Positions 19,420 to 30,960 of a stretch of 33,575 nt of DNA are shown here, piece by piece. The notes under the pieces are model-generated. The model made no database searches. It had not been told where the DNA came from and saw only the letters and a list, made by a program, of their open reading frames with translations. Position 1 is the first letter of the stretch; each line of letters starts with the position of its first letter. Both the position numbers and the translations under genes were made by a program. This DNA is from Octopus bimaculoides (Eukaryota). The DNA lies in NCBI RefSeq assembly GCF_001194135.2, contig NC_068982.1:135224068-135257642 (forward strand), given 5' to 3'.

Positions 19420-19630
19420 TATGTTTGTGTGTCTGTGTTTGTCCCCCCAACATCGCTTGACAACCGATGCTGGTGTGTTTACGTCCCCGTAACCTAGCGG
19501 TTCGGCAAGACAGACCGATAGAATAAGTACTAGGCTTACAAAGAATAAGTCCTGGGGTCGATTTGCTCGACTAAAGGTGGTGCTCCAGCATGGTCGAAGT
19601 CAAATGACTGAGACAAATAAAAGAAAGAAT
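19194..19630 (+). mobile_element. SINE family B, near full length (5' end hidden in the gap)
   Basis: Head, central microsatellite and 3' half ending ctccagcatgg...aaaag. Confidence 0.88.
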
Positions 19631-20321
19631 AAAAGTATATGTAAATTTATATCGCTGATTTCTGCGGTTGATAGGTATTTATACTTTTTTAGATTTTAAT
19701 TAATTCTGTGGGAGGTTTTGGAACGTAACATCCACGATAGTTGAGGGATTACTGCATATTCTTGTCAGTAGATTATTTAGTTAACCAGTAGGCTTATTTT
19801 GATTGGTCAATTTGCTAAGAATAGCAATTGAATTTTTCAACTATTTTAGAATATAAATAAAGGATGGACGACTTTGTGTAATATTATCTTGGAATATAAA
19901 AGGAATGTCTTGGAATATAAAAAAAAGAAGAAATGCTTCTGATCATATATTTGCTTAGTCACAGCTTATTGGTGCCAAACAATAACTTATACAAACAAAA
20001 GATATAGAATTTAATGCCTCGAGTGAAAAAAAAACAGCACAAAAAACCCCCATTGCTCTCAGTGAAAGAATTCCCAAACTACAAATGAGAAGACTTTAAA
20101 ATTAAATAATGAAGTAAAATTATACATAGTAAATATGTAATTTGGAGGAAGGAAGAAAATTTATAAATATTTCTATTTTTCTTTGTAAGAAATGAGTTGG
20201 AGAAAGCAACAGAAAAATTCTCCTATGTATCCTTCCAGAGATATTTTTACTTAAACCAAGTTATGTTAGGGGGAAAAAAATTTGATAAAAATAATCTTTT
20301 TTTCTTTTACTTTTTACTTGT

Positions 20322-20625
20322 TTCTGCCATTAGACTGTGGCCATGCTGGGGCCACAGCATGTTACTTATTCTATCAGATCCTTTTGCCAAATTGCTAAGT
20401 TATGAGGATGTAAGCACACCAACACTGGCTGCCAAGCAGTGTAGTGGTGGACAAACAAAGGCATAAAGACACGAACGTACGCACACACGCATACACAATT
20501 GGCTTCTTTCAGTTTCCATCTACCAAATCTAATCACAAGGCTTTCGTCGGCCCAAGGACTGAAACCCTCGAAGTAATGTGGGTGCAAAGCGAACTTCTTA
20601 ACTACACAACCAAGTGTGAATACAC
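20322..20625 (-). mobile_element. SINE family B, degraded
   Basis: Reverse-complement match to the 19194-19630 copy. Confidence 0.75.
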
Positions 20626-21034
20626 TCATACACACGTATACATGCTCATAAACACACACACATGCATGCATACGCATGTGTGCGTGCGTGTGTAATAAAT
20701 TCATGTTAAGAAAATATGAATATCCAGTCCGTTGATAAGCTGAAGGAGCTACTCATTGAATTAATGTGCGAAGTAGCTGAATACTCCGCAGACTCCTGAA
20801 TCCTTAAGATAATTCTCAAATACAATCAGCACGCGAGACAAGACTGGATCATTGAACTGTAAGAGCATTCCATCTGAAAAATTTCTACCCAGGCTCCATT
20901 CATGGCCAAGGTCTTCATCAACTTGAGGTTACACTGAAAGAAACACATGTCCAAGATGCTAGACAGTAAAATCGAACTCAGAATCTTCTGGCTGCAAAGC
21001 GAACTACTCGGCTACACGCACACACACACACAAA

Positions 21035-21902
21035 CGAGGTCTGATCAATAAGTATCCGGACCGTTGTCATAGTAACGAAGTTAAAATACGCAGAGTGAAA
21101 CCGGTTGGTGAAGATTGACCCTGAGCTCTGCTGTGCATGCGCACCAAGTTTTAACGTTCTAGCTCACTTCTGCTGTTTACAACAGTGCTTGAAATGAACG
21201 TGTGTAGCGTTTCATCGTTGCATTGGCCATGACAAAGTTTTGATGACGATATCTGCTCAGAACCCTACGCAAAGTTACAGAAAGTGTATGGAGAGGAGTG
21301 TATGAGCCGCACACAAGTGTACGAGTGGTTCGGATGTTTCCAAGTTGGCAGAAAAGATGTCGCTATTGACGAACGTTCTGGGAGACCCGGAACCAGCAGA
21401 ACTGAGAAAAACATCGCGTATGTGCGTGCAGTTGTGAGGGGAAATCGTTGAATCACTACCCGTGAATTATGAGAGGATGTGCAGATTAATTACGGTTCAG
21501 TTCAGTCCATTATCACTGGAGATTTGGGTATGAGACGCGTGCCTGCCAAGTTTGAGACAAAACTGCTTTCAGCTGACCAAAAAGACACTCGGGTTTCAGT
21601 TGCACAAGATCTCCTGGATTGTATAGAGAACGATGAAAGCTTTTTGAAAACTTTGCGTAAGTCTCTGAGCAGGTATCGCCAAGTTTTAAGCAAAATTTGA
21701 TGCAGATTCTCTGCTCAACTTTCTCTGTCATGGTCAGTGCAACGATTACACGCTACACACCTTCCTTCCAAGCACTGCTGTAAACAGCAGAAGTAAGCAC
21801 GCACAGTAGAGTTCAAGGTCAATCTGTACGAAGCGTCTTCACTCTGCGTGCTTTAACCTCGTTACTATGGCAACAATGCAAATACTTATTGATCTGACCA
21901 CG
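21035..21902. mobile_element. Mariner-derived fold-back element with duplicated 5' ends and a residual HTH-coding core
   Basis: Termini CGAGGTCTGATCAATAAGTAT and the reverse complement of CGTGGTCAGATCAATAAGTAT; TA on the right; plus strand KVYGEECMSRTQVYEWF...ERSGRP...DESFLK; minus strand MTEKVEQRICIKFCLKLG. Confidence 0.9.
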
Positions 21903-22177
21903 TACATACAGACAGTGCAGGCTATCATAACTGAGGTTGTGAACTGAAGATATTTTCTCGTTAATTGAAATTGTAACTTTAATGAAAACAAAAGGCATTA
22001 ACGCCAATGAAAATTATTTTCAGAAAGTGCAAGGGAGAAAACTGCTGAAATTTCAATCAGTAAACGTATTAAATAAAGGTTTGAAGTGTTATGGAGAGAT
22101 AGCCATGCTGATAACTCCAGATCTGGCTGAACCTCGTCAGTGAATTACAGAAGCTCCTTTATGCTTTATTCTTGTTT

Positions 22178-22806
22178 CAGCCATTGGATTATAACCATGC
22201 TGTGGCTCTGTTTTAAAGAGTTTAGTCGATCAAATCGATCCCGTACGTATTTCAAGTTTGGTACTTATTCTAATTACTTTGTAGGTGATAGGGTCTCCAT
22301 CCTTGGGTAACCCTATCCCGTACAATTAATTTTCTTTAATGAAGAAAACGAAAACGCTGAATGAATTGAAGAACAGCATAACAAATATTTATTACAAATT
22401 GCTCAGCCTTACATCTCGGGGTGTCGACTTAGCCAGGTCGCCCTTTATGGTTGGAGTGGAGACGGCGTCAGTGTAGTTGCGTGGTTGGTTAAGTCATTCT
22501 TCACTGTCTCCGTGGTGGACTGTGTTGACTCAAGGTAGAGTTGACGGAACGGCTCTTAGGGACGCCTATTGTCCTCGAAGGTTCAGCGGCTAAGAGGTAG
22601 AGAAAATGCGGGAACACTTGGATATTGGATGACCACGCATGCGCATGAGGGGCTTCCTGCATTCCTCCCGGAAGACTAGTCCCTGCGCATGCGTGGATAA
22701 ACTCAGCGACTGGTATTAGGCACCACTATAACTTTTTGCTAAATCGCTAGGTTTAATGTAATCAAACTAAGCTCCGGTTGTCAAACGCTGAGAGACAAAT
22801 ACAAAG
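22178..22806 (-). mobile_element. SINE B 3' half split by the solo LTR
   Basis: 22178-22279 and 22731-22806 join into the gtacttattcta...ttttgc..aa.cgcta.g...ggttgtcaa.cg pattern. Confidence 0.7.
22280..22730. mobile_element. Solo LTR (Gypsy-like), 451 bp, 4-bp TSD, inserted in a SINE B copy
   Basis: Starts TGTAG and ends CTATA (expected CTACA); ACTT at 22276-22279 and 22731-22734; SINE B sequence continues on both sides; minus-strand AATAAA at 22388-22393. Confidence 0.75.
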
Positions 22807-22807
22807 A

Positions 22808-22985
22808 TATCATCATCATCATTCTCATCAGTTAATGTCCATGTTATATGCTGGTATCGATTGAACGGTTTGACAGAAACCGATATCTCCAAGGATTGCA
22901 TCGAGCTCTAACACGGCTTTATGACCCTTCCTAACGCCAATCATTTAACGGTGAAGACTGGTGCACTACTGAGGTCGCCATGCAA
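22808..22985 (-). mobile_element. Repeat F tail fragment
   Basis: atcatcatc...ttaatgtcc...acccttcctaacgccaa. Confidence 0.65.
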
Positions 22986-23063
22986 TTCGCAGCAGGACTA
23001 CTAACTCTGGTGTGTGTGGAAGAACAGGCACATAAGGAGTTTCTTTGTACTAATTCTCTGACA

Positions 23064-23075
23064 TTGTGTGTGTGT

Positions 23076-23126
<51 letters not shown>

Positions 23127-23130
23127 TGTT
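23064..23130. repeat. (TG)n microsatellite
   Basis: Seen directly. Confidence 0.95.
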
Positions 23131-23804
23131 TGTGTGGACGTATGTATGTGCTGTGTGTATCTTTTACCGAATGATATAATCATTGGCGAGAGATTGAGAA
23201 AATCAGTGCATTACGAAGTAACTTCCTTTAGATATTTGTTCATCACCGAGTTAGCCATACTTCCTTGTAAGTGAATCTCAGTCTGAAATTCTGCAAGCTA
23301 AGCGATTGGCTTAATTCAAAACCTGTAACCAACAGTATCATTGTTCATAGAAAAGAAAGCTCAATATCGCTATTTTTTTTAGAAAAACAAAAACAAAACA
23401 AAACAAAACCAAACAGACATAAAAAACCCAGCAGCGTTTTTACTTATAAAATGTTATATAAACTAAAGTAGATAACTAATATATGTTGACAGTCGGTTGA
23501 ATCGACTCTCTTTTGTCTGCAAGTAGGTAATTTTCTGATAATTGAAGAAAACATTTCAAGCATTCTAAACTGGGCAAACGCTGTTTTTTTTTATGATACA
23601 GATAAATGTCATTTAATGGCAGATAAAATGTACAGTCATTATGTTGTTATTTACATTTATAACTGTGACCTCCACTCATAAAAACATATTGGAAAAGTCC
23701 AGGTATAATACGCTACAATGTTATAAAACCCATTTCGATTTTGGAGTCTAAAGAGTTTTAAAAGCTTTACAATAACATTTATAAAACGCTGTGTTGTATA
23801 AAAG

Positions 23805-24270
23805 TGGATAGTCAACGCTACTGTCGCCAGAATACAGTCACCGACAGACACCCTGACGGACCCAGAGCTGATCATCTAAGGGAAGGTAACTCCATACAAA
23901 TCCTGCATTCTGATAACCACTGGGATCATGACACTTGTTACACGAGACCAACACAAATTTGAAGATCGAGAGAATGAGATTGACTCTGTACAAACCGTGT
24001 CGACAATAATACTCTTTATTGTGCAGATTGTTCAGCAAATCGAGACACTAGCATTATTAATACAGTCACGCTTTCTTCATTGTGCAGTGGTAATAGTGAA
24101 AGAAACGACGGTGATAGACAGAAAATGCAACTGAAATCTTCAGCTTTGACGCTGCTCACAGGTGGCCTTAGGTGATGGTCGTTTTAGCTATATCTTGCTG
24201 AATATTTCATTCGCCGAAGCGACGAGAGAGTCAAAAGCAATTTAATCATAATAAAGCATTATTACATTAT
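23805..24270 (+). pseudogene. Possible heavily decayed ULP1/C48-like cysteine-protease relic (probably transposon-borne)
   Basis: Ordered motifs across frameshifts: G*STLL, SIQILHSDNHW, D-(C)-GRF-AI, FNHNK..HL; recognised by eye only. Confidence 0.33.
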
Positions 24271-24519
24271 TGTATTTATTCTTAATAAAAGTGAACAGGA
24301 AAACTTTGCAGCTCAATACTTCGTAGCCAATGTATTACAAACACTCCTAATTTTAATCTTCATTTCAGTGAAAAAAGTTCGTTAATACACAGAGTTTTAT
24401 GCTAAATGATGTCTTAATGACTACTAAAAACAGATGTTTTCAAGTTTCCCGTACAAGAGCACAAAATGTCTGAAAGAAACATGGATGCACAAAAGTGGTT
24501 TCAAATTTTGGCCCAAAGC

Positions 24520-24635
24520 CAGAAGTTTCGGGTGTGGGGCTAAATCGTTTACATCAACTCCAGTGATCATCTGGTACTTATTTTATCGACCCTGAAAAAA
24601 TGACAAGCAAAGTCAGCCTCAGTGGAATTTGAAAT
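24520..24635 (-). mobile_element. SINE A fragment
   Basis: ctggtacttattttatcgaccc...gcaaagtcagcctcagtggaatttgaa. Confidence 0.7.
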
Positions 24636-25110
24636 GGATGCATAATATTAACCACACATTATAATCCATTTGTCCACAGAGAAAAATATATCGTATAGAT
24701 ATGCCAAACGATGCCCTGAGCATGGCAGGGCAATAATATTCCTTTGATTTTTCCGTTGTTTAACCATTTTTCTGTTCTGTGTATTACAAGATATACACTG
24801 AATATATTTTCCTGGCGTCCATGCATTGTATATGATACACATTTCAATTTTTTTAAACCAATAAAATAACATTAGACTTATGAAAGGAAATATTTACTCT
24901 GGCACGAAACAAGGGGTAGCCCTAAAACAAGCATGGACGTTCGTGACAAACTTATGAAAATGCTTTGGACAGGCAACGGGTTCAGTCACAAAATACCGAG
25001 ACGTAAGTACTGAATATAAAATAATTCCATTTAAATATCATGTTATCCAAGTCAGATATCATAGCTATATTAAATATATATATAAAAAAATAATAAATAT
25101 AAATACGCCA

Positions 25111-25348
25111 TTTTAAAGCCTAGCCAGGCTCATGGGCCCGGTTTCAATAGCGTATGTGTTCCTCAGCTGGACGGGACACCAGTCCATCGCAGCGTTATTA
25201 ATTTTTGCTAACTGAGTGGACTGGAGCAACGTGAAATGAAGTGTTTTGCTCAAGAATCACAACGCGTCACCCGGTCCAGGAATCGAAACCACAATCTTAC
25301 GATCATAATGCTGACACCCCTAACCACTAAACCACGCGCCTCTACCAC
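25111..25348 (-). mobile_element. tRNA-derived SINE family C
   Basis: Minus-strand A box tggtttagtgg and B box ggtttcgattcc; body contains ttcttgagcaaaacactt and gcgatggactggtgtcccgtccag. Confidence 0.85.
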
Positions 25349-25503
25349 GTTAAATATAACTTCGTTTTAAAGTACATTAATTTAACACTAAATAGTAGTA
25401 AGTAAAATAAATAAATTATGATGGACTGTGATAACTGGAAAGTTTAAAATTTCAAAATTTCTTTTATTTATTAAAAGGGGAAAAATGTAATGATAAACAA
25501 CAT

Positions 25504-25701
25504 NNNNNNNNNNNNNNNNNNNNNNNNNNNNNNNNNNNNNNNNNNNNNNNNNNNNNNNNNNNNNNNNNNNNNNNNNNNNNNNNNNNNNNNNNNNNNNNNN
25601 NNNNNNNNNNNNNNNNNNNNNNNNNNNNNNNNNNNNNNNNNNNNNNNNNNNNNNNNNNNNNNNNNNNNNNNNNNNNNNNNNNNNNNNNNNNNNNNNNNNN
25701 N
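25504..25701. other. Assembly gap (198 N)
   Basis: N run. Confidence 1.
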
Positions 25702-26026
25702 GATTGGAATTATACGATGAAGATTTCTATACGATGTTAGAAATTTCGACCTCTTCTTCTTCAATTGAATAGTAATCTTTTTTTTTTTTGTAAAATTGAA
25801 AAGAAAACGAAAAAGTGTTCTCCATATTTAACTGCTCACAAATACAATTTAAGATTTTACCAACGAAAATGAAATGAAGAATGGAAAACATTGAAATTTA
25901 TTGTTGTAACTGACATTTCTCAAATATGCCTCCTCACCTATCGTTTTAGAGAAATGTGAGACTGGATAATTGAGTATGCCGTTTGTGGGTAAAAAAAAGC
26001 AAATAAAAAAACAACAGACCTGTTAT

Positions 26027-26126
26027 CGCTCCGTCTCGTGCGGCTTTCTGCCGCCCGTCTCTCGTTAACCGACTGGCCCGGGCGCGACGGCGTGCCGCCG
26101 CTGGGCTCGCGCAGGCCGAGCCGACC
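26027..26126. other. GC-rich (about 76%), CpG-rich structured island of unknown type
   Basis: 75 of 99 bases are G/C and about 19 CpGs by hand count, in very AT-rich surroundings; nested hairpins on the minus strand. Confidence 0.7.
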
Positions 26127-26133
26127 TTCTTAC

Positions 26134-26186
26134 CTTCTTAAAAAGGAAACTATCTACTGGATATTAAAGTTCTACATGTATTAAGC
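26134..26186 (-). other. Putative 53-nt non-coding internal exon (stops in all three frames)
   Basis: Minus strand: long pyrimidine tract ttttttgtttctttttccttcttcattttAG, then the exon, then AAG|GTAAGA. Confidence 0.5.
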
Positions 26187-26977
26187 CTAAAATGAAGAAG
26201 GAAAAAGAAACAAAAAACTAACTGGTTACAATTTGAATGCTTTTGATCATAATGTCTTCTTGAGGGTTAAATAACAACAACACCGAGCAAATACGTCATC
26301 ATCGATGACAAACTAAACTCCATAATATTTTCTCTTTACTATTTCATTTTGCTCTTTCACCATTTCGATCACTTTCCGTGTAAAGCATAATCCAATTGGC
26401 TGGAGAGTTGGATCATATGTTGTACTTATTCAGATTTGCAATTTTCATATTTGCCGAAGCCATTAAAGTTCTGCTTGATGAGTTTTCCCGTCTATTTCAT
26501 TCCTTCTGTTCCAACTGTTTCTCTGTGTACATAATAACATATGTTAGTTTGTCTATCATTCTTTTATTTTCGTTTCATCTAATCCCTTTCCTTCCTCTTT
26601 TGCATGCAGACACACACATAAAATTATTTATTTACCATCGTATGTACTTAGTCATTTAGTTGGTCTTTCAGGATTAGTGGTATCCATCCAACAAATGGGT
26701 ATTCGACCGGAATGACTTCAATAGAGTTGAATATGGGATATATAACTTCTCTTCTCCAGAGAATTCACGTTGTAAGTGAAGTGAAACTGCTACAAGGGGT
26801 CACAGACTGGGAATTGCAAATATCAGTATGATGCTCGCCACACACTCAGAATTTTCTAATCAACATTTTGGTTAATGTATATCAAAGAATTAAAGTTTAT
26901 CGTTGGTTAACCTGTGTTTGAGCGACGAATATTTTCAGTTAAACAAAACAAATTGACATAAAGGACACAACCACATA

Positions 26978-27200
26978 CATACATACTTCATTTTACGAAG
27001 ACTCGCTTTACGAGACCCCCGGGTTTACGAGTTATATTTTTCAGCTCACTTTTGTATGGTGAGCTGAAATTTTTCAAGCACAAGATCCAAATTTTGAACA
27101 AAGTGAAAAAGTTTCTACAATCATAATAAATGCTTCTGCGTGTTATCGAGAAATTTATAGCGAGCGGAAAAAAGCTTCTTCTAAGCAAACAATTCCAGAC
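26978..27200 (+). mobile_element. Tigger/pogo-family DNA transposon remnant
   Basis: TA then CATACATACTTCATTTTA (Tigger1-like terminus); frame AEIFQAQDPNFEQSEKV...ACYREIYSERKK...KQT resembles the Tigger C-terminus; right end not found. Confidence 0.72.
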
Positions 27201-27416
27201 TTTAGAAATAATACATTTCTAAATCTCTCAGAGAGATTTCAGCAGCAGTGATACGATGAAGTAGTTGTATGCTGTCAACTTAATGTGACAGTACCTTTAA
27301 GGGAATAATACTATTGTTGTTTAGACCTAGGAAGCTGCACCGCTTCTTGTCGGCCTTGACACATTTCCTGTGTCCTTATGTTTACAAGAAGGAGTAGAAA
27401 AGATTATTTCATTCTT

Positions 27417-27885
27417 TAGGCGGCGAGCTAGCAGAAACGTTAGCACGCCGGGCAAAATGCTTAGCGGTATTTCGTCTGTCTAAAGGCCTCACTGCTCATA
27501 TAAAGCAAAGCTTCCCCGCTGAACAAGACGGAGTCTTTTGTGTACTCCTTCTTCATCAGTATATCTCAGAAAAAGAATTGAAGGGGACTAATATCTGGTG
27601 AGCCAAGAACCCGTTACAAACGGCCACGTCTCCTTCCCATCCAGTTACGAAAATTGTCATTCAACTGATCTCTTACTGACGTGGTGTAATGTGCAAGGCC
27701 TTCATTTAGTCTTTCAATTTGAGTCATTAGCTGGTCACTCAACATAAATTCCGCCGAGGTCGACTTTGTCTTTCATCCTTTCGGGGTCGATAAATTAAGT
27801 ACCACTTGCGAACTGGGTTCGATCTGTTCGACTGGCCCCCTCCCGCTAAATTTCAGGGCTTGTGCCTAGAGTAGAAAAGAATATT
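27417..27885 (+). mobile_element. SINE A split into 27417-27480 and 27746-27885 by a 265-bp insert
   Basis: Head ends ...tttcgtctgtc and the body resumes aaattccgccgagg; about 16 bp of SINE is missing and there is no TSD. Confidence 0.85.
27481..27745 (-). pseudogene. Internal Tc1/mariner-superfamily transposase fragment without termini
   Basis: MLSDQLMTQIERL..AHYTTSVRDQLNDNF.NWMGR...*..SPDISPLQFFF*DIL matches the family pattern AHY..VR..LN..F..WIGR.G...WP.RSPDL.PLDFF.WG.L. Confidence 0.75.
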
Positions 27886-28134
27886 GATTTAGTCAGAATT
27901 GTAGCATCCAAACATTTCAGTAGTTGGTTCAATTTGAACTTTGAAACAAAGTCCGAAAAATATAAAGGAAAATCGTATAAAACCTAAAAGCCACATTGCT
28001 TATGACTGTTTTTGAAAAGATGCGATACGATGTAAAACAAAAAAACGAAACAAATTCTGATACATACACGAATGTGCAAAACCGTAGTCAAGAACTTGGG
28101 GAAATAGATCAATAAATTGATTTTGCTATATTGA

Positions 28135-28538
28135 TTTGAAATTTTGGCTCAGGGTCAGCAAGTTCGGTGGAAGCATTAAGTTGATTACGCCGATCCCAGT
28201 GTTTGACTAGTGATTATTTTATCGTCCTCAAAAGGAATGAAAAGCAAAGTCGATTTCGGCGGAAGTTGAACCCAAAAATTGATTTTGATATATTAACAGA
28301 GGCGGTAAGATGGTAGAATCGTTAGCACGCCGGAAAAATGCTTACTCTTTTACTCTTTTACCTGTTTTAGTCATTTGACTGTGGCCATACTGGAGCACCG
28401 CCTTTTAGTAAAAACAAATCGACCCCAGAAGTTATTTTTCGTAAGCCTAGTACTTATTCTATCTGTCTCTGTTGCTGAACCGCTAGGTTACGGAGACGTT
28501 GACACACCAACATCAGTTGTCAAGCGACGGTGGGGGGA

Positions 28539-28594
<56 letters not shown>

Positions 28595-29030
28595 ACAGGC
28601 TTCTTTCACCAAATCCACTCACAAGGTTTTGGTCGGCCCGAAGTTATAGTAAAAGACATTTACCCAAGGTGCCACGTAGTGGGACTGAACCCAGAGACAT
28701 GTGGCTTTACGTTCTGAGTTCAAATTCCACCGAGATCGACTTTGACTTTCATCCTTTCGGGGTCGATAAAATAAGCACCAGTCAAATACTGGGTCCGATG
28801 TAATTGAGAAATCCTTTGCCCCAAAATTGCTGGTCTTGTGCCAAAATCTGAAACCAGTATATCAGCAAGGGTAGCGAGCTGGCAAAATCGTTAGCATGTC
28901 GCGCAAAATACTTAACGACAGTTCCTTAAACTTTACGTTCTGAGTTCAAACTCCGCCGAGATCAATTTTACCTTTCATCCATCGATCGATAAAGTAAGTA
29001 CCAGTTAAGCACAGGAATCGATGTAATCAC
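28135..29030. mobile_element. SINE cluster: A (minus, 28135-28275); A head 28299-28344 interrupted by B (minus, 28345-28705) and resuming 28706-28855; A (plus, 28870-29030)
   Basis: Direct matches to the A and B copies elsewhere in the window. Confidence 0.8.
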
Positions 29031-29358
29031 GTAACAGAAGGCCTGAAATTATGGAGGAAGCCTCCATAATTTCAGGCCTTCTGTCTATCGCAGAAAGAAA
29101 TATATTAACAATGAATTTAATTTTCGAAGTTATAGATTGTAAGCAAAGTGGTGACTTAGAAGACGCGTTAGAGCGTGTGACAAAATGCTTTGCAATATTT
29201 GTTCCGAAGTTTGAATTCGATGCAATACTTGCCAAGGGGCGATGGGTCGACGGAACTTTTAGGAGTATTTGCTTTGGTTCTTTGTGTTCTAAGTACCAAA
29301 GCATACGTGTTCTGTATGTGGCTGATTAGATTATGTCTTGTAAAAAGTACCAGTTGCT

Positions 29359-29691
29359 GAGACCCCCTTCGGTCATGAATGACCATGGGATTGCACCTAG
29401 AAAGTTACCCTCCCAGGCACAAGTCCGGGCAAGGTTGTTTATAGAAGACCAGTAGTCGCCCATGCATACTAGTCTCCCCTCTCCACGCCACCGATGTTAT
29501 CCAAGGGAAAGGCAAAGACCGATACAGCTTGGCACCTATGACGTCGCAACTCATTTCTACAGCTGAGTGAACTGGAGGAACGTGAAATAAAGTGTCTTGC
29601 TCAAGAACACAACACGCAGCCCGGTCCGGGATTCAAACTCACAACCTCACGATCGTAAGCTCGACGCTCTAACTACTGAGCCATGCGCCTT
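29359..29691 (-). mobile_element. tRNA-derived SINE family E, full length
   Basis: Minus-strand A box tggctcagtag and B box gtttgaatccc; ends ...gaagggggtctc. Confidence 0.85.
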
Positions 29692-30349
29692 CTGGAGCCA
29701 TGCCCTAACAGGAGTAGGGCAACAAGAAACCACCACTGTACATTCTTGCGATAATAACATGACAAGCACTGTGCTCTTGACATGTGATTCTCTAGGAGTC
29801 GTTCGTTGACTTCATTGTACAAAAAGAAATGATTAACAAATATTATAAGCAAACAGAGTGAGTGTCATCATACTATAATAAAACATACTATAATGAAGAG
29901 AGAGAGCCCGATAAAGAAACGGAATTGGTAGAGCGCCAAATTACTTGTTCTACGGCGTTATTGTGTTAAGTTCCGATTTCAAATTCCGTCAGTACTCAAA
30001 GATGTCTTTCATTCTGGCATTGTGCCAATATGAGAAATCTATTATTGGGAAAGATTTCGTAGATCAAATCAATTTGAAAACAATCTAGAAATATTGAAGC
30101 GTGCTTAGAATATTAAATATGGGAATGAATCTTGTCAAAGAGACATATTACACTGAGGCGTCAATAAAAAGATTCATTCAAGAATTTTTGCACTTTTATC
30201 ATCTTTCACCTTACACTTTTCATATCCACACATTACACACAATCTATCTATCTATCGACCGACCTACCTACCTACCCATCCGTCCGTCCGTCCGTCCGTC
30301 TGTCTGTCTATCTATCTATCTTTCTAATAAAGTAAAAGTTGTGAAGGAT

Positions 30350-30598
30350 ATTGGCTTCAAATTCTGGAACAAGGCCAGCAATTTTGAAGGAGAGGTTAAG
30401 TCGATTACATCGACCCTAGACCTCACCTAGTACTTATTTTATTGACCTCAGTGCTCACCCGGTACTTATCTTATCGATCCCGTAAGGATGGAAAGCAAAG
30501 TCGACCCCGGCAAAATTTGAACTCAAAACGTAAAAGCGAAACAACATGCTGCTAAGCATTTCGCCCGGCGTGCAAACGATTCTGCCAGCTCACCGCTT
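30350..30598 (-). mobile_element. SINE A with a short internal duplication
   Basis: gtacttatt is repeated at about 30430 and 30462; head gccagctcaccgc. Confidence 0.8.
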
Positions 30599-30895
30599 TT
30601 GAGGAATAGAAAGAAATATTAGAATATGCTTTACACTCGTGCTAACGATTGCTTTTTGTCTCACGGTGGTGCTCCAGCATGATCACAGTCACCTAGCTGA
30701 AACAATAAAAAAAATAAAAGAATAGTGTAGATATCTGAGAGAGAAATCAATGCCTTGGGCTGGGCCGATAGATTTGTTTATTACATCAAAAATTGACAAG
30801 CTTGGTTGTTCACGACTGGACAGCCCAACGTGAAGTGAAAGTCAACTTTTGACATAAGCACACACACACACACGTTTATGTATATATATACATAC

Positions 30896-30898
30896 GTG

Positions 30899-30959
<61 letters not shown>

Positions 30960-30960
30960 A
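30896..30960. repeat. (TCTA)n microsatellite
   Basis: Seen directly. Confidence 0.95.

Noticed and set aside
22105-22146. Minus-strand CTGACGA-GG-ttcag-CC
   Set aside because: AGAT replaces GAAA and there is no stem I or III support.
25702-25776. Possible minus-strand exon ITIQLKKKRSKFLTSYRNLHRIIPI next to the gap
   Set aside because: The acceptor is preceded by an A run, there is no recognisable homology, and the rest is hidden in Ns.
29560-29691. tRNA-like A and B boxes (also at 2900-2995 and 25250-25348)
   Set aside because: They run into SINE bodies and I could not fold a full cloverleaf; SINE heads, not tRNA genes.
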